Of a stretch of 64,000 bases of DNA, positions 10,701-24,087 are shown piece after piece. The stretch covers positions 14,260,001-14,324,000 of the forward strand of contig OZ193909.1 of NCBI GenBank assembly GCA_964276515.1. The letters run 5' to 3'. How positions within the stretch are numbered: position 1 is the first letter of the stretch; every line of letters starts with the position of its first letter. Origin of the DNA: Gordius albopunctatus (taxonomy: Eukaryota). A model generated the notes under the pieces. It had not been told where the DNA came from. It ran no database searches and saw nothing but the letters and a program-made list of their open reading frames with translations. The position numbers were made by a program, and so were the translations under genes.

Positions 10701-13700
10701 CTGGGCCATTTGCTTTTCCTTTTTGCATCTTCTTCATTTGTGTCCTAAATTCATCCTTCTGAAAGAGTTCGACCATACTTATATTTGGCTCAATTTCGGG
10801 AAGGGAGTCCTTGTCATTTGCAATATTCATAAATTTCTTAAAATATCATTTCCATCATTTCCTTCGGCTTGAATAAGGTTTGACCCTTCTCCTTTTTGAC
10901 TATTTTAAGAACTCCGACATCGCGACTTTTCTTCTCCATTATCTTGGCCAATTTGTACATAAGCCTATCGCCCCCTTTATGATCCAGTTTGTTTGCCATC
11001 TCGGTGTACGCGGCATTCTTCGCTTTTGCAACGGCCCTATTTGCGTACCTGTACTCTTGATAATCCTCCGACTTTTTTGATTTATGCCACCGTCTATAGA
11101 GATTTTTCTTTCTTTCGATTAAATCTTTAACCGATTGATCCCACCACCATAGTTCCCTATTCATAGCTTTGCCTCCTTCGGTCTGTCCTAGAACACGAAT
11201 CGCTGTTTCCTTAACGTCCTTAGATAGCGTCTCCCAATCGTCGTCTACGTCCCTTTGCAACTTCCTTGCACCCAAGAGTGAGCAGGCTTTTTGATGGTAT
11301 TCTTTGTTCGTCGACGTATCCTTTAGCCTTTCGTATCGAATTCGAGGTTCATAGAACTTTCTTCTTTCGGGAAATACTCTTCTGTCAAGATCCATAACAA
11401 GGGGACGATGTTGCCTGTTGATTTATTCTCCCGGTATCACTTTGCAATCCTTGATACTCCATAAGTCCTTTCGCCGTATAAGCAAATAGTCAATTTGACT
11501 AAAATGCTTCCCACTTTTATAGGTCACAATATGATCTTCGCGCCGCCATGTCATATTCTTTGGATACTTGGAGAATTTTTCCCCCTTCTTTGTTCTTCAG
11601 ACCATGCCCATAGCCTCCATGATTGCGTTCATACCCGAGGCGATCTTTCCCTACGTGAGCGTTGAAATCTGCCCCAATAATTAGCCTTTCTTCCTGTCCT
11701 ATTCCTTGTATTTCCTTTTCCAATGAATCGAAGAATATGTCTTTCTCTGATTCCAAACATCCAATTTAGGGGGCATACGCGCACATAACGGTTAGGAGGC
11801 CCCCTTGATCTGCAATCTTCACCCACATTAGCCTCTTGGAACAACGCTTTACTTCCAACACCTTGTCCTTGAACGATTCACTTAGAACGATACCGACCCC
11901 GTTTCTACGATTTGATGACCCACTGTAGAAAAGCTTGTATCCTTCTCCTAATTCCCGAGCTTTCGTTCCGTTCCACCTCGTCTCTTGTAGGCAGGCGATG
12001 TGTACCTTTCTTTTTTTTAACATCTGTGCAACCTCGATGCTCTTCCCCGTCAACGTTCCCACATTCCAGCACGTAATTCGCATTCTTTCCACAACTAGTT
12101 TCCTTAACCGCCTTCGTTGTGAGTTGGGCAGTAACCCTAGTGGTATGCAGTGCGCGTCGTTTGTGGAGGACGCCCTAGCCTTTTCTTGTAAAATCTTGTT
12201 TGAAACTATCATAGTTTTGGAGTTGATTTTTATAGCCGGTTTCCGACCTGACGCCAACTCTCCACTTTTTGCACACGGACTTGGGACAGTCGTAGGTAGT
12301 GTTATGGTATATATTAGAATAAAAAATTGAATAATTTACTAAAAAGAAACATAGAAATGATTACTTAAAGTGATGTAACTCTTTCTAAATTATTTATAAA
12401 AAAATTAAATGAAATTAAAGTTAAAAATAAGTATTAAGAAAAATAACTCTTTGTCTTCTAAAAGAAAGGGCTAAGGATTACCTAAATTTTAACCCCTATT
12501 ATTTTTTAGTTCTCTTTTCTATCAATCTACATTTATAGTTTTGACACTTAAATCAAAAAAATAATTAAAAAAAGTTATATAACCCAAAATAATAACATGG
12601 AGGAATTTGGGTTTAAAATAATTATTGCTATAAAATTACAAATAACTTCATCAAATAACCAAATTAGTATAAATATTTATGTATTAGAGGTGGATTATTA
12701 TGCATACAAAATACGAAAAGTTTATCTTATAAAATGGCCAAGTTATAGCTATATAAAGTTTGCGTTCTTTTTGACCATCTTTGCTAATAGTGGTAGAATT
12801 TTTAACCTGGCCAACAAAGTTTCAGAAATTAAGATTTGATTTTATGATAATTTGTTTGCAAGAATCATAATTTTAGATGTTTTATGCCTAATATTCATTC
12901 AAAACTCTGCTTTTCTTTCTTGCCCTGGGTATTTTTTGATTAAATGTCAAATAGCATGTTAAATAAAATATAAAACATTTATTTTTAACAATATACACAA
13001 AATAACATTTTACACTATCTAATTCATAAATGCCTTTCACACCATTTTAGTAACATTATTCCTTATTTTATTTAGATCATTGTGACTCCTTTGCTAAACT
13101 TTCATTCAAAATCAATTAAACAATTTTTAAATAGCATATAATTTTATAAAAATGTTAAGAGGATACATATGAAACAATTTATATCTGTTTGTTCGGTTGA
13201 GTTTATGAATTATTTAGCACTTTTGCAAGTAATACTATGCTAAGACTAAGAATTACAATGCATCTTTCTCTCATTTTGATTTTTTAGGTCGGTTAGCAAC
13301 GGGTGACAATAAGGGGAGTATACATTTGTGGAACCCTAAAGAAAACACATCATGGCACATTGACCAGAGACCCTACACCTCCCACACCCAGTCCGTTGAA
13401 GACTTGCAATGGTCTCCCAGCGAAGGAGATGTAATATGATGCCCTAAGCTGCACTCATAAAACTTACTAGATTAAAATAGTGTCCCTAGACATGGGCGTA
13501 GCCGGGGGGGGCAAGGAGTGGCGGCTGCCCCCTCTAAATCCAGAAATTTGTTAAATTTTATTATAATCATGGCTAAAATTTCAATTACCAATTGTCCCCC
13601 CCCCTTAACCATTATTGCCCCTCGCCAATTCCAATGCGGCCTACCCCAATGTCCCTAGATGCTTAATTAATTAAAATTGAAAATTTTATATTCTTATACT

Positions 13701-15379
13701 AAACTCAAAACTAGACAAATCAATAATTTAATTATTTCTACAATTACGATTTTCGTGTTTAGATTTTAGAGTAGTTGCTCACGGTTTGGATAAGTTTGCT
13801 TGTATGTGCCTAAATGTAAAGCCTTAACTTAAATCTCGTTCTATTACATTAGTTTGGAAAATGGGGAAAAGGATAGTATAGCTGAAAAAGTTTTGCAAAA
13901 TCATATTCCACGTTTTTTCTGCTCAGTCAACAATTTGTGGTTTTCTAGTGTGATTGCCTTGTTTTAGATAAATACAGATTTTGTTGTTTGTATTTAAGCA
14001 ATCTGTCTTTTTTTGTTTCATTTTTATAAATGCGGCATGGTCTGTTTGATGAAAAGGTCGTCCTAACAAAACCCGGAGTCGTTTTTACAACACTACTTTT
14101 CATACAAATAAACTTTATGATGTTTATAATAAAATGGCGACATAAATGTTTTTGTAAGGTATTCGCATCATGTTCCGTCGATGGTTCCATAAAGATTTGG
14201 GATGCCCGAGCTAAACCATCCGAGGCCTGCATGCTAACCGCCTCCAAGGCCCACGATTCGGACGTCAACGTTATAAGTTGGAACGGGAAGGAGCAATGCT
14301 TTATAGTGTCCGGTGGCGACGATGGCTCCCTCAAAATATGGGACTTGAGGGAGTTTAAGGTTAACAAATATCCATGATTAATCTTAGATATTGTTTTAAA
14401 ACTAAGTACAGAATGCTATTGGCATAGCTCTTAGGTTCGATATTAATGTTAGTTAAAATTTGCGAAGATTGTATGGGCTAGAATTGACCGACCTTATAAG
14501 CAGATTCGCACGTTTGGGCCTAGCTAATTATATATATATATATTATGACTTTATAATTTATCTCCATGACATTTTGTAATAGCTTTTGTACGTCTTTCTT
14601 TGATTTCATAATACGCCTAAAGCGATTTAATTTGAAATATTTAATCATAAGCCTTAGGAGCTCTTTATTTTAAACCTTCCTTATCCGTTTGACACATTAG
14701 AAAAAATAACAATCTCATTTGATTTAATAGTGGGTATCATTCTAATATTATGTTATTATATAAATCAGTAAAAAAATTTCAAATCCCAATACTCGGCTAT
14801 GTCTTATCGTGCTAACTATTCAAATAATTGCGACCGTAAAATATAACCAATTACATATGATTAAAACAATCCTTTAAGGCTAGGTACTTTACTAGAGTCA
14901 AATAGTTTTTCAAGGCTAATTTTATTAAACTTTAACCTCAATCTCGATATAAACTATCGCAATCTCTGGTGATTTTTTCGACCTACCTTGCCTTTCATAT
15001 TATTTATCTCGTGAGAAGTTATATCTTAAACATTTTACCAACCATTACCATTCAGGAGGGTAAACCGATGGCGGTATTTAAGCATCACACGGCCCCGATA
15101 ACCTCTGTCGAATGGAATCCCAACGATAGTTCCGTTTTCGCCGCTTGCGGAGCTGATGATCAACTCACTATTTGGGATCTTTCCCTGGAACGGGATTATG
15201 AATCGCAGGAAGCGCTCAAAGAAAACGAAGCCATAGAAAACGAGGTACCGCCCTACCTCCTGTTCGTCCATAAAGGCCAAAACGACGTTAAGGAATTGCA
15301 TTGGCATCCCCAAATACCTGGGCTCATCATAGATACGGCCTTCACTGGATTCAACATTATCAAGACCATCAACGTCTAA
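4734..15379 (+). CDS. GRWD1: Glutamate-rich WD repeat protein 1 (GRWD1/Rrb1); exons 4734-4818, 5009-5103, 5149-5334, 5506-5722, 13288-13430, 14159-14359, 15056-15379 (416 aa)
   Basis: All GT-AG with consistent phases; motifs [17 protein letters not shown], acidic insert, [62 protein letters not shown]. Confidence 0.93.
6034..6078 (+). ncRNA. Twister ribozyme remnant (lacks first ~7 nt) at RTE 5' end
   Basis: ACG-GTCCCAAGTC-CGT..AAAAAGTG-GAGGG-TTGGC matches the type-P1 twister core. Confidence 0.7.
6034..9084 (+). mobile_element. RTE-clade non-LTR retrotransposon, near full length, disabled (copy 1, GRWD1 intron 4)
   Basis: APE ([22 protein letters not shown]) and RT (QGSALSP, YADD) fragments, GKRGRGRP, (AAG)n tail; TSD ATTTATAA at 6026-6033/9085-9092. 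Confidence 0.95.
9278..12303 (-). mobile_element. RTE-clade non-LTR retrotransposon, full length, disabled (copy 2, inverted relative to copy 1)
   Basis: Reverse complement of copy 1; (TTC)n tail from 9278; 18-bp TSD ATGGTATATATTAGAATA at 9260-9277/12304-12321. Confidence 0.95.
12253..12304 (-). ncRNA. Twister ribozyme 3' cleavage product forming the RTE 5' end
   Basis: Minus strand reads T^AACACTACCTACGACTGTCCCAAGTCCGTGTGCAAAAAGTGGAGAGTTGGC; P2 CACT/AGTG; element starts at the A after the predicted scissile bond; two core substitutions relative to copies 1 and 3. Confidence 0.8.
13491..13651. mobile_element. hAT-type MITE (CATGGGCGTAGCC family)
   Basis: Imperfect TIRs, 8-bp TSD TCCCTAGA; relatives at 16867-17017, ~17396-17560, 20215-20353, 21288-21458, ~60869-61023, ~62165-62325, ~63440-63603. 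Confidence 0.85.
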
Positions 15380-17084
15380 CACCGCGTTTTAACCTTGTAT
15401 ATATCCTGTTAATTTTATGTTCGCTTATCGTTTATACCCTTTTTGGGACTTTTTTCGACGATCGCTATGATATAAATTGGATGTGTGGGTTGTTGAATGT
15501 TGTTTGAGTAATTAGTAATAATGATTTCGCGTGTTATTAATTGTTTTGTTTGCTTCAACGTTTAAATTAAATGAGACTTCAAATGAGATTGATATAGAGT
15601 GCTTCTATAACACTTGATTTTTCCCTAAAATTTTAATAATTTCTAAAACTTATTTAATGTACTTTAAAATATATGGCTTTGATGAATAAAAACTTTTAAA
15701 TAAGTAATATTAGTTTTTAGGGTAAAAAAGGTGCTATCACTATTATTTTTTGCCTCCTATGTTTTACTTGTGCATTTATTGTTCTAATTATGTCTTCGCT
15801 GACCTGTTGATTCACCGAGCGTGGGTATCAATGAAACCTGTGTTTCTATTTGGTCATTTGACTAGAATAATACTTTTGATCAGGCAACCTGAGGGTTCAG
15901 GTTCGGGCGTTCTAAAACCTTACCAGGTTTTTGAACACCCGAACCTTAACCTGAGGTTGATCCCGAAAATCAACCTGAATAGTTTTTGATTAAACTATTT
16001 TTCTTCATTTAAAATTGTAAATATTTAAAAAGTTTGACGCATCTTGAAAAAGGAAAATAGTTAAAGTAAAATAAAAATTTATTCTTAAATTTATCGCATA
16101 AAACAAGAGATTTTTATCAGGTTAACCTGAGGTCAACCTGGGTTTCAGGTTGGGGATAAAATTGAACCAGGTTTTTGAACACCCGAACCTAAAACCGACC
16201 TGAGGTTGGACCTCGGGAAAACCTGACCTAGGTTTTGATCATCACTAACTTATAGAAAAACATTAATAGCGTCTTAATTGAATAATATTTCTATAACAAT
16301 TTTTATTGGTTTTTAAGAAATCACTTGCATTAATTACAATCGTGTGTTGCAAAAAGTTGGATCAACTCTGCGATTGGCCCTTGCCCTCTCTCGCATACTC
16401 TAAAATATATTTAATTGACTGCGTTGTATAATTTAATTCAAAATTAAAGTTTATTGTTTAGAATCCCTAAATTTGACAATAATATCAAGTAATTACATGG
16501 AACATATGAAATCAAATGCGTCAAAATGAACTATTCTAATATATTATCGTCAGAGATAACATATACCAAATGTGGCCAAGAATTCGCAAACGATTTGAAA
16601 TAGTATATGGTTATAGACATACCGAGTCTTTGTTCTAATAAAAAGGGTATGGAATGTTTTGACGGTGAACCACCCCTTCCCAACTTCTTAAAAAATTCGG
16701 GTTCGGGAAAACCCCTGTACACAACAAGTCTTTAAAATAAAATTTTGACTTCTAATTTAACGTTCCCCTTCGAAATGATCATGGAGGAGTATAAATTCTT
16801 TTAAATATGTGAAATGCGACCTTCGAATTTTTCATTAATCTTAGTTAATGGTCTCATAAGCATGTTCATGGACGTAGTAGCCAAGGGCCTAAATGACAAA
16901 AAAAAAATTTCAATGCAAAAACCCTTAAAAATTAAAAAAAATTATGTTTTGCCCCCCCCAATTGAACTTTTAAACGTTTTGCCCCCCCCCCCAATACTAA
17001 ACCTGGCTACGTCCATGAGCATTTTACGCCGACATTTTAAAATAATTGGATTATATCTCGAATTAGACAATTGGAAGTTATGAT

Positions 17085-18470
17085 TAGAGCTGTTAAAAAC
17101 TTAGTTCACTCTTTTTCTGAACTTGAACTAGTTCGTTTTTTTAAAGTTGAATTTGAGCTAGTTACTTTTTTAATATTCTGAACTGAACTTTACAATAAAA
17201 ATTATTTGTTGTTTTTACAAACAAGAATTACACACGACTCCAACCAATTTTTTGACATCAAGCAGAAAATCACCATGAAAATTGTAAAATCCAATACAAT
17301 TTCAATCCATAGCTCTTGCCATCTCGTTAATCTAAAATATTTTTGCATGTCTCATACACAATCATTTAGAAATAAACCTCTATTATAAATGTTTTCATGG
17401 CTGTAGCCAAGAGGGGGGAGAGAGGTGCGGCTGCCCCCTCTAAATCCAAAAATTTGTTGAATTTTATTGAAATTATGACTAAAATTTCGAAAAATGATCA
17501 TTTTGCCCCTCCTTAAATCATTATTTCCCCTCTCTAATTTGAATGCTGGCTACACCCATACCTGTATTATTGTCAGGATTAATCATATATCTAATTTTTG
17601 TGATTTATAAGCGAAAAATCGAGAGAAAGAGTATAGAATTTTGAAGGCAATAAATTCAATATTGCCACTAGATGCAGAAATTGTAAAACCTCATACTTTA
17701 AATGGATTGGAGTTCCTAGGAATCAGACGTGATAAGACCAATAAAGAAATCATTAAAAACTTTATAATAAAACTGATGAATACCTCATTTGATATATATA
17801 ATAAATTACCCCATTAAAAACAAATTTTTATTATATATATCGTTTGCATTCCATCTAGTGCTCCTGTTGAAAGAGTGTTCAGTTTAGAAAGACTTCACAT
17901 TGTGGGTAAACTTTCATCTTTATTAAATGATAATTTTGAAAAAAATATATTATTGAGGTTACCCATCTATTTCCCCCTCATTTCTATTATTAATTGCAAT
18001 TATATATATTATATTTTTTTAAGTGAAAAGTTTTACACATATAATTGGCAAAAAACTTTTTGGCATATGAATGTTTATTAAATTAGATTTTATAATGGAC
18101 TATTTCTAATTTAAAATAAATAATAATAAGTTTAAATAAACTCAATCATCAATAAAAATTTGATTCATAGAATTTTAAATTTGCGGATCGGATTTAGAAA
18201 CTGATTTTTAATCAGATAAAACGTTTTTCATAAACCCCTCGGATCGGATTAAAATTATATAATATATTTTTTTAATGAACTGAACTATGAACTGAGCTTG
18301 ATGTAGTTCATTTTGTGAAATTTGAACTAAGAACTGAACTAGTTCGTTTTTTCTAAAATGAACTTTAACTAGTTACTTTTGAAAAAATCAAAACTTGAAC
18401 TAATTTTATTATTCAAAATGAAATATGAACTTGAACTAGTTCATAATTAAGATAAACTTTAACAGCTCTA
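17085..18470 (+). mobile_element. Non-autonomous hAT derivative with dimerisation-domain remnant
   Basis: TIR TAGAGCTGTTAAA/TTTAACAGCTCTA; GAACTAGTT subterminal repeats; IPSSAPVERVFS at ~17850-17885; contains a MITE. Confidence 0.75.
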
Positions 18471-19049
18471 GTTTGATATTATATTTTAAGGAAAATTGTA
18501 TTTTTTAGAGAATTTAAAATAAAAAAAAATCGTCATCTTAAACATGGCCCTTGTTGACTCTTGACGAACCTGAGTTTTTATTTTTATTATTTCATGCTCG
18601 TTTATTGTATATTTTATGTATTCTTTCTTACCTAATAAAAGCATTTTAACAAAAACTTTTTTGGAGAATTGAGTCAACCCGTCCCCAACAATCCCCTTAA
18701 CACAGGGAATAAAAAGACTAAAATATAGTATTTTATGCAATGGTACTTAATCTCAGTAATTTGAAGTTATAACATTGTTTTAGGTTAGGAAATTAACTTT
18801 CATTTAGTGAGGGCGAGGGGGTATAGAATTGTAATACCATAAATTTAAATCTGTAAATTTCTGGGGATACTAGCTAAAACTTTGATTGTATCTTAATTAT
18901 TTATAAAGTTTACCTAATTGATACAATTTTTAGTAGTGTCTTAAGAACCATAATTTGGTTATATTTAGATATATATGTTTTTAATTAAAGACATTACACT
19001 ATATTAGTTGGTAATGGAAAAAAGATTATTATAAAAATCATACGATAAC

Positions 19050-19600
19050 TGATGATTGCTTCGCGCTTAGGATAAAAAATATTCTCTCGCATTTCTACTA
19101 AACCTTGAATCCTTTTTGGATTCTTGTCCTTCGTTTCAAGATGAAGATGAAGATATATTAGCTATTTAACGCTCTTATTTTTTTTTTCAATATACTAAAT
19201 TTGTATTACATTTTACCGTATTATAATTAGCCATATATTAATAAACTTTTTATGGAAAAAATTTTTTAAGCTCTAAACGATATAATCTTCAAGCAGCATA
19301 TATAGGTAACATCTTTTTTCTTTGATACACAGTTACGACATTTGTGGTAAAGAATTAAAGGGTAAATCTCCTATCTGATTAACAACACACAAATACACAT
19401 ATAATTTATTTATGTATTGTTTTCGTCCATCCAAGGCAATGCAAATGATTTATATCTTTATAATTTACCTAAATATTCTGACATTTGGAACGGTGGCTTA
19501 TAAAATTTCCAATGAATTAAGTATGTAGTATACAGATAACAATTTACTGATAAAAATTAGCTATTTTCAAAAAGATTTAGTAGTTGAAGATCGTTACTTA
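19050..19600 (-). pseudogene. Possible very degraded Helitron/Helentron Rep remnant
   Basis: Minus-strand HLHCLGW (~19425-19447, HUH-like) followed by HKCRNC..KK (~19315-19345); heavily stopped, no continuous ORF. Confidence 0.25.
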
Positions 19601-20214
19601 ATTTTAAACATGTAGATATTTAAATAAATTTTTATTAAACGGGTAAATAAAGTTAATAGAATTAACAACCATTAATTTTAACATTTATATCCCAACTTTG
19701 GTTGATTTTTATTACATTAATTTTAAAGGATTATGATTTTTAATTTGCTTTCATTTTGAGCACTTCCATTTTTAATTCATATTTTAAGATGGTTTTAGTA
19801 AAACGCAATATCAATTTTATAAAATGTAAAAAATTTTGACGAATGTCTTTGCAATTTTAAATGAACTTACAACTTTGAGTGACTTGAAATTTTAATGAGT
19901 TTATTTTTTGAATAAAATTTGATTTATGTTGATTTGGGAAAATTGTGATTAATATAATTTAAAGATGCAAATTTATTATATGTTTCAAGAAATTGGATAT
20001 ATATGCAATAGCAAATTAAGCTTGCAAAAAGATCAAAAAATTTTTTTGCTTAATAGCGCATAGGGTCTATATAGTCCATAGCAATTAAAACCAACTGGTT
20101 TCAAATTGCTTGCTTTGAATTAATTAAAACTTGAATAGTCTACCTAAAAAAGTTTTATCCTTTGAATTAATATTATTTGACGAACACATTTCGGGGAATT
20201 AAAGGCCGTTATCA

Positions 20215-20353
20215 CATGGTCGTAGCCAGGTTTTCGATTAGGGGGGGGGGGGGGGCAAAACATTAATTTTTTTAATTTTTAAGGCTTTATGCATTGAATT
20301 TTTTTTCCGCCATTCAGGGGGGAAGGGGGGCGGCCCCCCTGGCTATGCCCATG
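20215..20353. mobile_element. hAT-type MITE
   Basis: CATGGTCGTAGCC...GGCTATGCCCATG with TSD CGTTATCA. Confidence 0.88.
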
Positions 20354-20365
20354 CGTTATCATAAC

Positions 20366-21772
20366 CAGAGGTCAGATTTGTTGGGAATTTTCTGGCCGAA
20401 CCCGGCCCGACTAAATTTTTTAGCTTCATTGCCCGCCCGGGCACGCCCGAACCCATCTAAGTATCCGCCGGGGCCCGCCCGAATTGTTAAGCTGCCCTAA
20501 TTGCCCGGCCCGAAATATTAAATTTGTCCGTTAGTCCCGAATTTATGAGGTCCCAAAAAGAGGTCGGAGTAGTTAAAATTTTTCTGCCCGAACCCGGCCC
20601 GGTCCAAAATTTTAACTAAATTGCCCGCCTGAATCCTTCTAAGTGACGGCTCAGTCATGCCCAAACCATTAGAGCTGCCCGGCCCGATTAATAAAATTTT
20701 CCAGGTAGATCCCAAATTATCCAATCCCAAATTCTTTCAACCACTATTACAAAATAAGCATTAAAACAAAGATGAAAATATTTTATTATTCATAATTATT
20801 ATGTAAAAATAACAAATCGTCGACAATTTCCGGGGATAATCTTGTGCGTCTTTCCTCTATTAATCTTCCTGCGATAGAAAAACTTCTTTCAGTAGCAGCA
20901 CTCGTCGCCGGGACGGCAAAGAGTATTTTTGTAAACCTTGCTAATTTAGGATACCTAAAATAGTTATAATTTTTAATAACTTTAATGTGACTTGTTTGCT
21001 TTATTTTTCCATCGTGTTTTTTAGTTATAAGAAATTAAATGAATTACAATTATGCGCATTGTTACAAAATGGCATGAGCCTTTGTTTTAAGTCTAGACGG
21101 CACACATGTGTAGTGTATTGCGAACAATAAAACGGCTTTGACTACTACATAAATATAAATAATCCAATCCTTTCCATAATATAGTAGGTCAAAGATTTAA
21201 CTGAACGCGATAAAAATGTAATAAAATAATTTACTATCAGAGAGTAAAATGGTTTCTTCCATAGTATTAGATTAGAGTAGCAGTTTACATGGGCGTAGCC
21301 AGCATTAAAATTAGAGGGGGGCAATAATGATTTAGGGAGGGGAAAAATAATCATTTTTTGAAAATTTAGCAATAATTTTAATACATTTTAACAAATTTTT
21401 GAGTTTAGAGGGGGGCAGCTGCCCCTTCCTGTACCCCCCCCCCTTGTCTACGCCCATGGCAGTTTAAATCCTTGTGATTTTATTCTTTTATAATATAATG
21501 TGAAAATTAAAAATTTTTGATTTGGAGACAAACCAGTTAAACTAATTTATTCGAAATAAAATTTAATTTCGAAGAAATTGAAATTAGGACATTATATAAA
21601 CGTACAATGAAGATTTAAGTGATGAAAAAAAATCTAGTCAAATTTATTATGGCCCAAAATTGTTTATAAGCGAATTTTTCTATTTTCAAGCAAAATAAAT
21701 TTGATAAAATTTTGGGCATGCCCGAATCTTATCAGCGTGCCCGCTGAGCGGGCCGGGCATTTCTGGTCTCTG
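20366..21772 (-). mobile_element. Non-autonomous hAT element containing a MITE
   Basis: TIR CAGAG..CAGA, TSD ATCATAAC; GCCCG subterminal repeats; minus-strand YPKLARFTKILFAVPATSAATERSFSIAG at ~20870-20955; nested MITE 21288-21458 with TSD GCAGTTTA. Confidence 0.88.
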
Positions 21773-22329
21773 ATCATAACTACTATAATATTTAATTAAA
21801 GAGAATCATTTGATGTAGTTAATAGCTTATCTCTCAATCTCATTGGGTTTTCCAAACTAGCTACAGCCCCACGCTAAAATTTTAAATATATATTATGTAT
21901 GTCGATCATTAATTTTAAAATCGGACCGGACCGGGTTTGGGAAGAAAAATTCTAACAAATCTGACACCTGATGTCGATATCCTATAATAAAATTAAATGT
22001 TTTTATAATATTGTCTTTCTTAAATAATATTAATTTGGGTCTACAGAAATCCACCTAATAAACGAAGTGATAATAAACTGAGAGCAAAAAGTAAACTCAA
22101 GCGGAATATGATTCAGTTAACTTAGAGGGTGGTGCTGTAAAGCAATTAATGGCGGCTGAGAATTCGAACTTGGGTAGGGCAATAAGAATATAATTCTCTT
22201 GTATCATTGAAAACCCTTTTTAACTAGTGCTTCCAATTTTCCATATTAATCTCAAAATAATGTGATAATGTTTCAAAATCAAATCTTTTAAATATATATT
22301 TAATAATTCCTCGTGGTTTACCAAAACCA

Positions 22330-22690
22330 GTTTTCAATATAACGGCGACGGGTAAAAGTGAAGAAAGTGACAATCTACTTTTACCTCCCCCCATAAATGT
22401 AATGGACCAAGGTGGTTTAGACTGTTCAGGACCACTGCCAGGGAATTTGTTTTTCCTCCCGAATATAAAAGATCAGCAAAAGCACTCAATGACAAAAACA
22501 TTGTCATCCACAAATATCAAATGCAATCCATGCTCCTATGTTCCCTCTTGTTTTTCTAGTAATGTTACTCACGTAGTTTGTTTAAAATACGATTGTTACG
22601 GTTATTGTGTACCCTTTTATATAGATGCGTCAAATGCACAATTTATAACCTGCTTTCCGACCTCAAAAAAAGCACACTTATGAAAATTTC
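22330..22690 (-). pseudogene. Degraded Tc1/mariner-like transposase relic
   Basis: Minus-strand KQEGT*EH (QQDGAPxH-like) followed by IPW...LNHLGPLHLWG (WPxxSPDLNPxxxxWG-like). Confidence 0.4.
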
Positions 22691-24087
22691 CTTATAATTA
22701 CATACTTTGATATTATAAGAATTACTTAAGGAAAAAATGTTATTTTATCAACTATGGTATGCGGATTTAAATAATTTTTATACTATTAATTGACACTTAC
22801 ATAAATAATATATATATATATATATTATATGTTTTTCAATTTTATAATAAAGTTATACATGTATATTCTCCAACACAAATTTTGGATGCACGAAAAAATG
22901 CCTAAAATGGGTGAAAACTATTGGAGTAAATTATGTGAGTTTGAGTAAAAAATAATTGAATATTATCTTGCAAATATTTATAATTTAAAATGATTTTTAC
23001 AAATTTAAGTGTAATTTTAAAATCGGTTAATTTTTCCATTAAATGGTTGGTGTAAGTATATAAGCAAAACCTATTGAAAACTCCGACACGTTTTCATTTG
23101 ATTAAGTTTAAGAAAAAATTTGAATTAGAAAACAAGATTTAATATAATATCGAAGTAAAGCTGTAAAAGATTGCTCCAAAAAAATTTTTTACATGGGGTT
23201 CTATTTGGAAAATTGTATTGATTTTATCTTCAAATGATGGGAGAAAATAGTGTTTCAATCTCGTAAAGTCTCGGTCTTGAAAACAATATCTCGTTTCGGG
23301 TGCCATTATGAAAACAAAGATCTCGTCTTGGGCTAGAAAAATCTCGACGACGAGATATGTTGACGTGTCTCGACGTTCATATTATCCAAATTTTTCTCTT
23401 AATTTATTAAGTAAAAACATTTTTATGAAAACTTAAAATGGCGAACAATTTTTTATTTAAAAAAATTAAAAATATGTTTTATATATATATAAATTATCCG
23501 GGATACTTAGTTAGCATTGACAAAAGAAAATATAGAGTCATTCGGTTTTAGTGGTAGCCCACCGTTATCAGTTGGTTCCTAGAGTTCATCGCTTGTTCGT
23601 TATAATGTTATAGAGACCTGAAAGGTTTAGGTGGGTACTTTTTATCATTATTCAAGAAATTAGGTGCACACATTACATTATATAAACACTAATAAAAGTA
23701 GCATTGATATTGGAATAGGAAAACATAAGGGTTTGAGGTTTTCAATAAATGACACATATTAATTTTATAACAAATATTTTATTATAGTTTAAATCCCATT
23801 TTATGTCCCAAAATTTACACTTGATCCATTTTCTAATTAATTTAGCCATAAGATATTTTTAAGTAATACGTAGTTGGTATAGGCCGACTTTTTTTATAAA
23901 AGGATGTAAAATAAATCACGTCTTCAAGACGGGTCTCATCCAAATATTAGAAGCTGACCACTTTAGTGTGACAAACAGCTATTGGAAATTGTTTAACCTT
24001 ATGCTCAAATTATTTTAATAAAGAGCAAAAGATGAGAAGAGATTTTTATTGGATTCTCCGCATCACTGGGAGGGAATGGGTGTATAC

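Noticed and set aside
6034..12303. Single foldback element or simple inverted duplication
   Set aside because: Each arm has its own TSD and tail and the flanks are not duplicated
13945..15382. Antisense ORFs 13945-14367 and 15035-15382
   Set aside because: Shadows of GRWD1 exons with no independent motifs
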